This document shows positions 1 to 10,513 of a DNA stretch of 64,000 nt, piece by piece. Origin of the DNA: an uncultured Leptospirales bacterium (GTDB lineage Bacteria; Spirochaetota; UBA4802; UBA5550); contig CAZYPA010000001.1 of NCBI GenBank assembly GCA_964649175.1, forward strand, positions 4,420 through 68,419, given 5' to 3'. The position numbers and the translations under genes were made by a program. Each line of letters starts with the position of its first letter. Positions within the stretch are counted from its first letter, which is position 1. The notes beneath the pieces are model-generated. The model was not told the origin of the DNA. It made no database searches and saw only the letters and a program-made list of their open reading frames with translations.

Positions 1-1
1 T

Positions 2-157
2 GCCAAACCAAAAGATTCAGGCCTTATAGAGTGCCAAAGAATTCTTAGTGGAGTGGATGGCATGGAGTTTATTAATTTTTCAAGAGATGATATTTCCAGG
101 CATCCTGTTGTTGAAAAAATAGTTGCAGCATACGAGACGGCAGGTTATACTGATTAA
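2..157 (+). CDS. phoH: PhoH-like ATPase, 3' end (partial, runs off window start)
   Basis: The open frame from position 2 translates to ...GVDGMEFINFSRDDISRHPVVEKIVAAYETAGYTD*. This resembles PhoH C-termini (…VVRHPLVQRIV…). The phoH-yqfF(7TM-HD)-ybeY order is a widely conserved operon. Confidence 0.5.
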   Translation, partial: AKPKDSGLIECQRILSGVDGMEFINFSRDDISRHPVVEKIVAAYETAGYTD

Positions 158-165
158 TATATATT

Positions 166-2463
166 ATGAAGTATATATTTAACATATCACTGGCAAATTT
201 CACACGAATCATTAGAGATAAAAAGATCCGGCTCTATTATATATATGTATTTATCCTTATTATACTTTCTACAGCAATTTTAGCCTTTCAGGTCGCAGAT
301 AAAACCTATGATTACAGCCTTGGTGATATAATAGAATCAGATATCCGTGTGCCCAGGGATATTCATTTTATTAAAGAATCAGAAACAGAGCTTAGTAAAA
401 AAAGAGCTATTGAATTAGTAAGTCTTGTTTTTGATAAAGATTCTGCTGTTCTTGAGGAAAACCTGCGTCAGTCTGATTTTCTGCTGAACAATATTATTAA
501 AACTCTTGAGGACAACCCGCCCATCGGAACAGATGATTTAACCTTTCAGCTTGTTTCTTTAAAAAACAGGATTCCTAAATATGCTCAGTATGATGATTCC
601 ATACTTCTTTCCCTGCTTAAATATGAAAATCCCAGGATGCTTAAAAAGTCTGTTACGAATATTTTAATTTATCTTTATGATTACAAGGGAATAGGTATTC
701 TAGACAAGCCTTATGAGAATGTTCTGGAGCTTGATACTACAAACATAACTGTGCGTAATATAAACTCACCGGAGTTCCACGATGAAGTATCAGGTGTTAT
801 TGATAATCTGGTTACAATTGATACAATGAAAGGAAGGGTTTATTCTATTTGTGCTTCTATTGCACCTTATTTCCCACGTGATACTCTGAGTGCTGTTTCA
901 ACAATTATTAAAAGCAATATGAAGCCTAATCTTTCCTTTAACTCTGAAGAAACCAAAAGAAGGCTTGATGAAAAGATTAAGCAGGTTAAACCAGTAACAG
1001 GTTTGCTTAAAAAAGGCCAGACTATTGGCAGAGAGGGTGATACTGTAACAAATGATGTTATCAATAAAATCAAAATTCTTAATCAGTATGCTCAGACTTC
1101 TCATGTAAGCTTTGTTTTTGGGGTTATTTTGCTGCAGCTGATATTTGTCTTTATTTTAAGTTTTTTTAGTTTCAGGTATGAAAAGCATTTTTTCCCGGAC
1201 AAAAAGGCAATCTATGTTGTTTTTTCTCTTATATTTTTTTATATGATCTATGCTTTTTTTATAAGCAGGCTGGAATCTTCTGATAATTTAAGGCTTTATT
1301 TTGTTTTTCTAATGCCGCTCCCTTTTGTTACAATGATGGTTTCAATTCTTTATAATGTATTCCTGTCATTATTTAGCGGACTTTATCTTATATTTTTTAC
1401 TCTTATGATGGTAGGTGTGGATTTATATACTGCGCTTATTGTATTTAGTACAGCATTAATAGGTACATTTATTAACTCAAATGTGGGCAGGAGATCCGAT
1501 TTTTTTAAAGGAGGATTAATACTCGGAGTAATTGTTGCTGTTTTAATATTTGCTATTGTCATGATTGAAAATTCTTCATTTAAAATGGCTTTTTATTTGT
1601 CCCAGCTTGCATTGGCAAATGGTATTATTAATTCAATTATGGTGCTCGGTATTTTCCCTTTATATGAACATGTTTTTGACATTACTACCCGATTTAAACT
1701 CATGGAACTTTCTGATCTGAATGCTGATATTTTTAAGAAGATGCTTCTTAATGCGCCAGGCACATATAATCATTCTTTATTGGTTGCAACGCTTGCTGAA
1801 TCTGCAAGCATTGAAATTGATGCAAATCATATGCTTGCCAGGGTTGGCGGATATTACCACGATATTGGGAAAATTGCTGATCCAGGCATGTATATAGAAA
1901 ATACTATAACAGATTCAAGGGCAAAAAGGCTTCCCCCTGCTGATTATTCCAGACTTATTATTTCTCATGTGAGCAAGGGAGTGGAATTAGCACGGGAATA
2001 TTCTCTTCCTGAATCAGTTATAGATTTTATTCGGGAACATCATGGCAATTCTATAATGACTTTTTTTTATCACCAGGCACTTGAAAATGCAAGTACTGAT
2101 GGCGTTGAAAAAGTACATAAGAGCGATTTCCAGTATCCCGGGCCAAAGCCCCATAGCAAGGAAACTGCCATTGTGATGCTTGCAGATGCTGTTGAAGCAG
2201 CATCAAGATCCCTTAAACATCCCTCAAGAGATAGAATCAAGGGGATGGTAACAAAAATAATTTATAATAAACTCAATGATGGAGATCTTGATAATTCTGA
2301 GCTTTCAATGAAGGAGCTCAAGGTTGTTGAAAATTCTTTTTTGAATATTCTTTATGGTATATTTCACACAAGAATCGAATATCCTGATGCAGAAGATGTG
2401 AAAGATCTTGAAAAAGAGATTGAAAAAGAAGTTATAGAAGACAAGGGGGAAACTCTTCAATAA
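166..2463 (+). CDS. 7TM receptor with intracellular HD hydrolase domain (PgpH/YqfF-like, HDIG family)
   Basis: 765 aa. Multiple TM helices lie in the middle. A C-terminal HD domain carries HDIGK…D motifs (GGYYHDIGKIADPG, HH…). It sits between phoH and ybeY as in the canonical operon. Confidence 0.8.
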   Translation: MKYIFNISLANFTRIIRDKKIRLYYIYVFILIILSTAILAFQVADKTYDYSLGDIIESDIRVPRDIHFIKESETELSKKRAIELVSLVFDKDSAVLEENLRQSDFLLNNIIKTLEDNPPIGTDDLTFQLVSLKNRIPKYAQYDDSILLSLLKYENPRMLKKSVTNILIYLYDYKGIGILDKPYENVLELDTTNITVRNINSPEFHDEVSGVIDNLVTIDTMKGRVYSICASIAPYFPRDTLSAVSTIIKSNMKPNLSFNSEETKRRLDEKIKQVKPVTGLLKKGQTIGREGDTVTNDVINKIKILNQYAQTSHVSFVFGVILLQLIFVFILSFFSFRYEKHFFPDKKAIYVVFSLIFFYMIYAFFISRLESSDNLRLYFVFLMPLPFVTMMVSILYNVFLSLFSGLYLIFFTLMMVGVDLYTALIVFSTALIGTFINSNVGRRSDFFKGGLILGVIVAVLIFAIVMIENSSFKMAFYLSQLALANGIINSIMVLGIFPLYEHVFDITTRFKLMELSDLNADIFKKMLLNAPGTYNHSLLVATLAESASIEIDANHMLARVGGYYHDIGKIADPGMYIENTITDSRAKRLPPADYSRLIISHVSKGVELAREYSLPESVIDFIREHHGNSIMTFFYHQALENASTDGVEKVHKSDFQYPGPKPHSKETAIVMLADAVEAASRSLKHPSRDRIKGMVTKIIYNKLNDGDLDNSELSMKELKVVENSFLNILYGIFHTRIEYPDAEDVKDLEKEIEKEVIEDKGETLQ

Positions 2464-2915
2464 TGATAGATGTAGAAGTCTTTACAGAGGGTAGAGCTTC
2501 TCTTGAAGCAGATGGGATTGATAAAAAATTTTTTATTGGAATCTGCGAAACTGTATTTGATCATACAAAAACAGATAATGTTAGTGTCTCAATTATTTTA
2601 ACTGATAATGATGAAATTACTAAAATTAACAGTGAATTTCGGGGTAAAAATCAGGCCACAGATGTAATATCCTTTGCATACAGGGATGAGCCATTTCCGG
2701 CACATAGGGGTGTTATGGAAGAGCTTGGTGATGTTTACATTTCTATTGATAAGGCCAGGGAACAGGCTAGAGAATACAGCACAACGCTTGTAAACGAGTT
2801 TAAACGGCTTGTTATACATGGTTTGCTTCATCTTCTGGGGTATGATCATGAAAAATCTGATGAAGATGAAAAAATAATGAATGCTCTGGAACAGGAACTT
2901 TTTCTTCTAGCATAA
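2463..2915 (+). CDS. ybeY: endoribonuclease YbeY (rRNA maturation factor)
   Basis: 150 aa with the HGxLHLxGYDH metal-binding motif (IHGLLHLLGYDHE). It overlaps the upstream stop (ATGA). Confidence 0.85.
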   Translation: MIDVEVFTEGRASLEADGIDKKFFIGICETVFDHTKTDNVSVSIILTDNDEITKINSEFRGKNQATDVISFAYRDEPFPAHRGVMEELGDVYISIDKAREQAREYSTTLVNEFKRLVIHGLLHLLGYDHEKSDEDEKIMNALEQELFLLA

Positions 2916-2933
2916 ACTCTGACAGTAATATTT

Positions 2934-4367
2934 ATGAATGAAATTTACAGAAGATTCAGGGAAAATATTATAAACAATAAAATGATCTATTCAGGGGACA
3001 GGATTATTCTTTCCATGTCAGCTGGAAAAGATTCTGTTGCTCTTTTTTATCTTATGGAAAGGCTTAAAAAAGAGTTATCCTTTGAAACTATAATTTTTCA
3101 CCTCAATCATTTATTAAGGGGTGATGAATCTGACAGGGATGAGGAATATCTTGAAAATTTAGCACAGAAAAATGGAGTTGTTTTATATTCAAAAAAACAT
3201 GATTTTAGAAGTATCAGCAGGAGTGGCCTGTCCTTTGAAGAGGAAGCCAGAGATATTCGCTATTCCCTGATTGAAGAGTTGAGTATTAAAACAGGATTTA
3301 AAAAAACAGCAATAGCACATAATTATAATGATAATGCAGAGACTGTTTTGATGCGAATTTTATCAGGTACAGGTATAAAGGGACTTGGTGGAATAGAACC
3401 TGATTCCGGTAAGATAATACGGCCTTTGCTTATTTTTACTGCAGATGAAATTTACTCATATCTAAAAAATAACAATATAAGCTGGAGAGAGGATTCCTCC
3501 AACACTGATGATAAATATCTAAGAAATTTTGTCAGGAATAAAGTTTTTCCACTGCTTGAGAAACGGTTTGAAAACCCGATTAAGAATATTAACAGGCTTT
3601 CGTCACATGCAAGAGAAAATGAATATCTGCTGAATTCACTTGTTTTTGAAAAATATGAAGATTCTTTTCTTGTTGAAGAAAATAATTTTACAGTTTTTAT
3701 GAGTAAGCTTCCTGATAATGAAAGCCTTATCAAGTTTATTCTTTCCAGGCTTATTTATCAGGTTTTTGGTGAAAGGCTTACTTTTGCGATTATTCATGAA
3801 ATTTTAAAAAAATATAATTCAGTAAGATCAAATTTAATTGTTTATCAAAACACACAAATAATAATTGAAAAAAAATTCGTAAATAATGAAAAAATTTTAT
3901 ATGTTTATGATACAAAACTTAAGAAAATACCTCTAAGGGAATGGGCTTATTCAATAAATATCAAATTGTCTCCTTTAATTTTAATAGATGAGATAAAGAA
4001 AAAAATTTCAATTGAAAAGGTTGACAATAAGTTCTTTGTTCAGAATATGCTCAATGAGAATTATGTTTTTTTAGCTCTTCCTGATAAATGTGATTCTCTT
4101 ATTATCAGAAGCAGAAAAAAGGGTGATAAAATTTCTATTAAAAATGGTTGGAAAAAAATTAAAGATTTGATGATTGAAAAGAAACTTGACACTTTTTCCA
4201 AAAGTATTGTACCTCTTATAGAAATAAATAATTCAATTGCTGCATTTCTTCCTGGTTTTGTTGGATTGCAGGGCAACAGGGTTGCTTGTGAATTTAAGGT
4301 TAATAATGAATCAGATGTAATTATTGCCATTAACTGTTCCAGTGTGACCAGGGATGATTATTTATAA
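2934..4367 (+). CDS. tilS: tRNA(Ile)-lysidine synthetase TilS
   Basis: N-terminal PP-loop (SMSAGKDS) and TilS-like downstream domains. It is 477 aa and sits directly upstream of ftsH, as is common. Confidence 0.75.
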   Translation: MNEIYRRFRENIINNKMIYSGDRIILSMSAGKDSVALFYLMERLKKELSFETIIFHLNHLLRGDESDRDEEYLENLAQKNGVVLYSKKHDFRSISRSGLSFEEEARDIRYSLIEELSIKTGFKKTAIAHNYNDNAETVLMRILSGTGIKGLGGIEPDSGKIIRPLLIFTADEIYSYLKNNNISWREDSSNTDDKYLRNFVRNKVFPLLEKRFENPIKNINRLSSHARENEYLLNSLVFEKYEDSFLVEENNFTVFMSKLPDNESLIKFILSRLIYQVFGERLTFAIIHEILKKYNSVRSNLIVYQNTQIIIEKKFVNNEKILYVYDTKLKKIPLREWAYSINIKLSPLILIDEIKKKISIEKVDNKFFVQNMLNENYVFLALPDKCDSLIIRSRKKGDKISIKNGWKKIKDLMIEKKLDTFSKSIVPLIEINNSIAAFLPGFVGLQGNRVACEFKVNNESDVIIAINCSSVTRDDYL

Positions 4368-4395
4368 TGTTAGTTAAAAACTTCAGGAGTGAAGA

Positions 4396-6303
4396 ATGAA
4401 TAAATCTACAAAGCAGATAGCTCTCATTTTAATGATAGGCCTTATTTTTATGGCCATTTTCAGTTTAAGAAATACAGGAAATAACAAAGTAACACTTGAT
4501 TATAGTATTTTTCTTGAAAAAGTGACGAGCAATGAAATCGCAAAAGTTAAAATCGAAAATTCCAGCAAAATATTAGGCAAATATAAAAGCTCAGATGTTA
4601 AGCCCGGGTCTGTTCTTTCAGATAAGGATTATGATTTTGAAACACACATACCTTATGACGATCCGGAGTTGATTAAAACTCTTCTTGGCTATAAGGTGGC
4701 TGTTGAAGGTACTGATGAAGATGGAAATATGTTTCTTCGCAGTCTTTTAAGTTTTTTACCCTGGCTTTTATTTTTCGCATTTATATGGTTTATTATGTTC
4801 CGCCAGATACAGGGTGCAGGCAACAAGGCCATGGCTTTTGGGAAAAGCAAGGCCAAGTTAAATCCGGATACTAAAAATAAGACAAACTTTAATGATGTAG
4901 CTGGTGCAGATGAAGCCAAGGCTGATTTGGCTGAAATAGTTGAGTTTTTAAAAGAGCCTAAAAAGTTTGTAAATATTGGTGCAAAAATACCTACAGGTGT
5001 TCTTCTTGTTGGCCCTCCAGGTACAGGTAAAACCCTTCTTGCAAGGGCAATAGCAGGGGAGGCAGGTGTGCCATTTTTTTCAATAAGTGGCTCTGACTTT
5101 GTTGAAATGTTTGTTGGTGTTGGTGCTTCACGAGTGCGGGATCTTTTTGAGCAAGGGAAAAAAAGCGCACCATGTATTATTTTTATTGATGAAATTGACG
5201 CTGTTGGCCGTCTCAGGGGTGCAGGACTTGGCGGAGGCCATGATGAGAGAGAACAGACTCTTAATCAGCTCCTTGTGGAAATGGATGGTTTTGAAACAAA
5301 TGAGGGCGTTATAATAGTTGCAGCTACTAACCGGCCTGATGTTCTTGATCCAGCTCTCCTGCGTCCGGGCAGGTTTGACAGACAGGTGGTTGTTGATATT
5401 CCGGATATACGCGGCAGGGAGAAAATTCTTGCTGTACATACAAAAAAAATTCCACTTTCTCGTGAAGTTGACCTTAAGGTTATTGCTATGGGGACTCCTG
5501 GTTTTACAGGTGCTGATCTTGCAAACCTTGTTAATGAAGCAGCGCTTTTAACTGCCAGGAAAAATAAAAAGCGCGTTACAATGCTTGAAATGGAAGAAGC
5601 CAAGGATAAGGTGCTTATGGGTCCTGAGCGAAGATCCATGCTTATAACTGATTCTGAAAAAGAAATTATTGCCTACCATGAGGCTGGACATGCAATACTT
5701 GGTCTTCTTATTGGAACTGATTCAGTTCATAAGGTGACAATAATTCCAAGGGGACGGGCTCTGGGTTTAACCATGCAGCTGCCAACTGAAGAGAGGCACC
5801 TTCATTCAATACAATATTGGCTGAATCAGATAAAAATGCTTTTTGGCGGATATCTTGCAGAACAGATTGTTTTTAAAGAAGTAACTACAGGATCCAGTAA
5901 TGATATCTCCAGGGTTACGGATATTGCCAGAAAAATGGTAACTGAATGGGGTATGAGTGAAAAAATAGGGCCTATTTCTCTGGGCCAGCAAAATGAACAG
6001 ATTTTTCTTGGTCGTGAAATATCGCAGCATAAGGATTTCAGTGAATCAACTGCCAAGATAATAGATGATGAGGTTAACCGTATTATAGCAGAATGTCTGG
6101 AAGATGCAAAAAAAATGATAATAGATAACTATGATAAATTTGATTCACTTGCAAAAAATCTTATTGAGCGTGAATCTTTAAATGCTGAAGAAATCCTTAC
6201 CATTTTCAGGGGTGAAAAATTATCCCCAATGGAGCATGTTATAAAGAATAATGCAAAAAATGATCAGGATGAATTAGCTGTTGCTGAAAAGCCTGTGAAT
6301 TAA
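4396..6303 (+). CDS. ftsH: ATP-dependent zinc metalloprotease FtsH
   Basis: N-terminal TM segments, Walker A GPPGTGKT, an AAA domain, and the HEAGHA zinc motif. Length is 635 aa. Confidence 0.95.
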   Translation: MNKSTKQIALILMIGLIFMAIFSLRNTGNNKVTLDYSIFLEKVTSNEIAKVKIENSSKILGKYKSSDVKPGSVLSDKDYDFETHIPYDDPELIKTLLGYKVAVEGTDEDGNMFLRSLLSFLPWLLFFAFIWFIMFRQIQGAGNKAMAFGKSKAKLNPDTKNKTNFNDVAGADEAKADLAEIVEFLKEPKKFVNIGAKIPTGVLLVGPPGTGKTLLARAIAGEAGVPFFSISGSDFVEMFVGVGASRVRDLFEQGKKSAPCIIFIDEIDAVGRLRGAGLGGGHDEREQTLNQLLVEMDGFETNEGVIIVAATNRPDVLDPALLRPGRFDRQVVVDIPDIRGREKILAVHTKKIPLSREVDLKVIAMGTPGFTGADLANLVNEAALLTARKNKKRVTMLEMEEAKDKVLMGPERRSMLITDSEKEIIAYHEAGHAILGLLIGTDSVHKVTIIPRGRALGLTMQLPTEERHLHSIQYWLNQIKMLFGGYLAEQIVFKEVTTGSSNDISRVTDIARKMVTEWGMSEKIGPISLGQQNEQIFLGREISQHKDFSESTAKIIDDEVNRIIAECLEDAKKMIIDNYDKFDSLAKNLIERESLNAEEILTIFRGEKLSPMEHVIKNNAKNDQDELAVAEKPVN

Positions 6304-6320
6304 ATTGACAACCAGTTTTT

Positions 6321-8411
6321 TTAAGAGAGGATAGCAAGTATCCTTTTCTTTCTTATATTTTTTGTAATTTCTGAAATATGCGGGTCTTCTATTCCACATA
6401 TTTCAGAATGAGCAGAAATATTTTTTTCCAGTATTTTATCTGCTTCTTTTTTTGCACTTAAAATAATATCAATATCCTTTGTCAGGTCTGTAAATTCAAA
6501 ATCTGAATTTCCATGCTGTCTTGTACCTATGAGCTGGCCGCTTCCTCGCATTTTAAGATCAAGTTCGGAAATAGAAAAACCATCAGAATTTTCAGTTAAA
6601 ATTTTTATTCTTTCTTTTGCTTCTTCGCTAATATTATTCGGGTGAATAAGAATACAAAAGGATTTATGTTCTCCCCTGCCAACGCGTCCTCTAAGCTGAT
6701 GAATCTGTGCCAGTCCAAACCTTTCAGCGTGGTGTATGATCATTATATTGGCATTGGGAATATCTATTCCTACCTCTATTACTGTAGTTGAAACAAGAAT
6801 GTCTATTTCGCCATTTCTGAAAGAATGCATAATTTCATCTTTTTCTTCACGGGGGATTTTACTGTGCAACAGTGAAACTTTGTACTGGGAGAAAATTGTT
6901 TCTTTAAGTAGCAAAAAGGTCTCTTCTGCTGATTTAAGATCAATTTTTTCTGATTCCTCAATGAGTGGCAGAACATAGAAAATTTGTCTGCCCTGTTTAA
7001 TATACTTTCCCATTGAATTGTAAACACCTTTAATGCGGCTTTCTGGAAAAGAAAAGGTTTCAACAATATTTCTGTTAAAAGGTTTATTTCGAATAGATGA
7101 TATGTCCATGTCTGCATAAAGGGTCATTGATAATGATCTGGGAATAGGCGTTGCTGTCATTACCATGAGATCTGTATTTTTACCCTTAGAGCGAAGTTTT
7201 GCCCTTTGCTCAACACCAAAGCGGTGTTGTTCGTCAATTATTATATAGGCAAGATCCCTGAATTTAAGTTCAGATTGAATAAGGGCATGGGTTCCAATTA
7301 TCAGGTTTGTATCTCCTGATAATACTGAATTATAAACTTCATCTTTTTCTTTTTTTTTCATACCGCCCAATAATAATGAACACTTAACACTATCCGGTAA
7401 ATATTTTAAAGCTGTTTTGTAATGTTGTAAAGCAAGGATCTCAGTGGGAACCATTAGTGCTGCCTGTCTTCCTGCTGAAATTGGAACGAGTGCTGATGAA
7501 AGGGCTATAATAGTTTTTCCTGTACCAACATCACCCTGTAAAAGCCTGTTCATGGGCATTTGTGATGTAAGGTCTGATGATATTTCTTTAAGGGATTTTT
7601 TTTGCTCTTCAGTAAGTGTAAAGGGGAGAGAGGAAATAAATTTTCTTGTAAGGGACAGGTCGTAGTTATAATTATTTTTTTTTGTTTCAGAAAAAAGAAT
7701 TTTTTTTGAAATTGCCATATAGTACTGTAAAAAAAATATTTCGTTAAAAGCCAGGCGCACTCTGCATTTTTCTACATGCTCAAAAGAATCAGGATAATGT
7801 ATACCGGCAATTGCTTCATCCAATGGGATCATCCTGTATCTGTCAAGTATGGCTTTGTCTAAAGAGTCGTGAATGATTTTTTTGTATTGGTCAAGAGCAT
7901 GCTTTATTATTCTGCGAAATCCCCTTGAATCAAATCCGGCTTTTTTAAGGGCTTCAGAAGATCTATATAGTGGTATAATCCTGCCTGTGTTTATAGCCTT
8001 GTATTGTGAGTTATCATCCAGAAAATCAAAATCAGGATGTACAATCTGCTTACCGCGAAAAACTTTTATTTTACCTGAAAAAATGACAGGCTCACCAGAT
8101 ATGAAAATTTTTTCAAAAAAAGATATTCCTGCAAAAAAAACTCCTTTTAGAATATCTGTTCCATCTGAAATTTCAACAACGAGCATTTTTTTTCGTGAGG
8201 GAATTATTTTTGCTGAAACAATTGTACCTGCTACTGTAACTTCTTCTTCAGCAAGGACATTTACTATTTTTTTAATTGATGATCTGTCCAGGTATTTACG
8301 TGGAGTATAGTAAAGCAGGTCTTCTATATTTTCTATTCCAGCTTCAGCAGCTAAAACTTTTGCTTTTACAGGCCCAATTCCTTTGATAGATGTAATAGAA
8401 ATATTACGCAA
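6321..8411 (-). CDS. recG: ATP-dependent DNA helicase RecG
   Basis: 696 aa. Helicase motifs GDVGTGKT and DEQHRFGV, with a wedge domain N-terminal to the helicase core. Confidence 0.9.
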   Translation of the reverse strand: MRNISITSIKGIGPVKAKVLAAEAGIENIEDLLYYTPRKYLDRSSIKKIVNVLAEEEVTVAGTIVSAKIIPSRKKMLVVEISDGTDILKGVFFAGISFFEKIFISGEPVIFSGKIKVFRGKQIVHPDFDFLDDNSQYKAINTGRIIPLYRSSEALKKAGFDSRGFRRIIKHALDQYKKIIHDSLDKAILDRYRMIPLDEAIAGIHYPDSFEHVEKCRVRLAFNEIFFLQYYMAISKKILFSETKKNNYNYDLSLTRKFISSLPFTLTEEQKKSLKEISSDLTSQMPMNRLLQGDVGTGKTIIALSSALVPISAGRQAALMVPTEILALQHYKTALKYLPDSVKCSLLLGGMKKKEKDEVYNSVLSGDTNLIIGTHALIQSELKFRDLAYIIIDEQHRFGVEQRAKLRSKGKNTDLMVMTATPIPRSLSMTLYADMDISSIRNKPFNRNIVETFSFPESRIKGVYNSMGKYIKQGRQIFYVLPLIEESEKIDLKSAEETFLLLKETIFSQYKVSLLHSKIPREEKDEIMHSFRNGEIDILVSTTVIEVGIDIPNANIMIIHHAERFGLAQIHQLRGRVGRGEHKSFCILIHPNNISEEAKERIKILTENSDGFSISELDLKMRGSGQLIGTRQHGNSDFEFTDLTKDIDIILSAKKEADKILEKNISAHSEICGIEDPHISEITKNIRKKRILAILS

Positions 8412-8720
8412 CTATTCCTCTTCTGCTATATACCACACTGATTCTGGTATTTGCACATATTTTCCCTCTTTTGTATAAAAGAAAGTATAGTTTCTTTCAT
8501 CACTCCATGATGTGATTTTTTTTATACCAGTCCAGCGCTTAATGATTTTACCATCCAGTCCGAAAACTGTAACTACAAGATTTTGACCTTTTATTGATTC
8601 AATTTTTTTTTGTGTAATGTTCTTTTGCTCATAGGTGAAATAGTATTTCATATAAAAATATCCACCAACAATAGAAAGAATAATCAAAAGCGCAATAAAC
8701 AGTTTAAGTTTGAATTTCAT
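8412..8720 (-). CDS. small hypothetical protein with N-terminal TM anchor
   Basis: 102 aa with a hydrophobic N-terminus (LFIALLIILSIVGGYFY). It is tightly packed between thiF-like (1 nt gap) and recG (0 nt gap). I could recognise no homology. Confidence 0.4.
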   Translation of the reverse strand: MKFKLKLFIALLIILSIVGGYFYMKYYFTYEQKNITQKKIESIKGQNLVVTVFGLDGKIIKRWTGIKKITSWSDERNYTFFYTKEGKYVQIPESVWYIAEEE

Positions 8721-8721
8721 T

Positions 8722-9450
8722 TTAAATCTCCTTTTTTCTGCAGCAGGAACACGCAGGATTTTTATTAATATTTATTATGGTGAACTCCATTGTTTTGCAG
8801 TCAACAAATAGTATTCTGTTTACAAGATTCTCGCCTATCCCTGTAATATATTTAATTGCTTCCATAGCCTGCATTGAACCAAGGATTCCTGCTGTAGCAC
8901 CTATAACTCCAGGACTGCTGTTTTCAGAATCAGGTTCTACAAAGCAGGCCAGACATGGAGTTTCACCAGGTTTCATGAATGTAATCTGCCCAAAAAATTC
9001 AGAAATTCCTGCATGTACAAGAGGTATTTTTTTCTCCAGGGATATCCTGTTAAGGATAAAACGTCCTTTGAAATTATCAAGGCAGTCAATTATTAAATCA
9101 ACGGGTTTTATATTGTCTAACATATCTTCAGAAAGGGGTGTGTTAATACAGGTGATGTTTATGCAGCTGTTAAGCTCCTTTAAACGCTTTGCAGCAGTAA
9201 AGACTTTGCTTTTACCAATATCATTTTCAGTGTAAAGAATTTGTCTATTGAGATTGGAAGTTGAAATTGTATCAAAATCGCATATAGTGAGATTGCCTAT
9301 GCCAGCACCTGCCAGGTTAAAAAGAAGAGGACTCCCTAATCCGCCTGCACCAGCTACAAAAACATGGGCTGATGTAAGTTTTTTTTGGGTTTCATCTGAC
9401 CATTCTTTTATTGTCAGATGTCTGGAGTATTTTTCATGTATATTGATCAT
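8722..9450 (-). CDS. MoeB/ThiF-family E1-like adenylyltransferase
   Basis: 242 aa. Rossmann motif GAGGLGSPLLFNLAGAGIG…DFD and C-terminal CxxC…CxxC zinc motifs (CLAC…CSCC), as in MoeB/ThiF. Confidence 0.8.
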   Translation of the reverse strand: MINIHEKYSRHLTIKEWSDETQKKLTSAHVFVAGAGGLGSPLLFNLAGAGIGNLTICDFDTISTSNLNRQILYTENDIGKSKVFTAAKRLKELNSCINITCINTPLSEDMLDNIKPVDLIIDCLDNFKGRFILNRISLEKKIPLVHAGISEFFGQITFMKPGETPCLACFVEPDSENSSPGVIGATAGILGSMQAMEAIKYITGIGENLVNRILFVDCKTMEFTIININKNPACSCCRKKEI

Positions 9451-9784
9451 TTTTTATTCCAGTATTATTATAATTCTTTTTATAAAATATTGGAAAAACA
9501 AATAAGATTTATTCCCCCTTTAGGGGATAGGGGCTTTTTCCAATAATATTATAAATCCCTCATAGGGGGACTTTTGAATTGCTGTTCACATTTCTATTTT
9601 ACTAAGTATTACCTCAGTATTAAAAATAGATTTTGTCAAATTATTATTCTATTTTACTATAGCAATTTATTTCTATGTACTGTTTTTATCTTCTGTACTT
9701 TAAACCAGAAAGTGTTAAAATGGTTTTGTAATATTCTTTATTACAGATTTTAAAAATTAAAATTCATTTATTTATAAGGTTCAA

Positions 9785-10441
9785 ATGTATTCCATAAAAA
9801 ACAGCATCCTGGAATTTAAGCCAGACAATAAAGATTTCACTATATATAATCCCTATCTGAAAAAGGTGTTAAAATTAATTGATGATAATATAGATACTGG
9901 AATAGATGAAACAGCATCAAAGCTTTTGTTTATGCGCAATGATTTTGTTACTGAATATAGCTTTACCATTCCCTATTATGAAATACTCAAAAAAATAGCA
10001 GCCTGTTCTCCAATTGTTGAAATAGGGGCTGGGAGCGGATACTGGGCCAGATGTATAAGTGAAATGGGTGGGGATGTTATTGCCTATGACAGCTTTCCAC
10101 CAGGAGAACATGCTCCCTGGGAGTGGTACAAAGGTAATGCATGGTTTGATGATTCCTGGTATAATATTATCCAGGGGGATGAATCAGCAGCATCTGCTCA
10201 TCCTGAACGAACGCTTTTTATGGCATGGCCCATGCCTATGAGCACTATGGCATATAATGCCCTGTATAATTATAAAAAGAGAGGAGGGAAGAAAATAATT
10301 TATATTGGGAATCCCCATCCGGCTTCTTCAGGAGATGAACACTTTTATGAATTGCTTTTCACTCATAAGGAAGAGGAAAATATTGATTTATACAGCTGGC
10401 CTGGAATAGCAGAAAAATTATTGATATATTCCCTGGTTTAA
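9785..10441 (+). CDS. hypothetical protein, possible class I SAM-methyltransferase-like fold
   Basis: 218 aa. A VEIGAGSGYW…VIAYD stretch resembles MTase motifs I/II. It is Trp-rich. I recognise no family with confidence. Confidence 0.35.
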   Translation: MYSIKNSILEFKPDNKDFTIYNPYLKKVLKLIDDNIDTGIDETASKLLFMRNDFVTEYSFTIPYYEILKKIAACSPIVEIGAGSGYWARCISEMGGDVIAYDSFPPGEHAPWEWYKGNAWFDDSWYNIIQGDESAASAHPERTLFMAWPMPMSTMAYNALYNYKKRGGKKIIYIGNPHPASSGDEHFYELLFTHKEEENIDLYSWPGIAEKLLIYSLV

Positions 10442-10513
10442 GTTGAGCTTATATGATTAGAGGAAGTTCCGGGATAAGATTTTTTTTATAATTACCCTAT
10501 CCCGGAAGGAATA

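Noticed and set aside
4689-6056. Multiple 60-124 aa ORFs on both strands inside ftsH (e.g. 5265-5639 minus)
   Set aside because: They are shadow ORFs inside a strongly supported gene, with no independent signals. The same applies to small antisense ORFs within recG, gcvP, TPR, argS, T2SS genes and others.
9451-9784. Possible TPP (THI-box) riboswitch upstream of the ThiF-like gene
   Set aside because: The minus-strand leader has a CUGAGG word but lacks the conserved THI-box stems (GGGGUGC…CUGAGA…ACCUGAUCUGGUUAAUACCAGCG). No thiamine biosynthesis partners are nearby.
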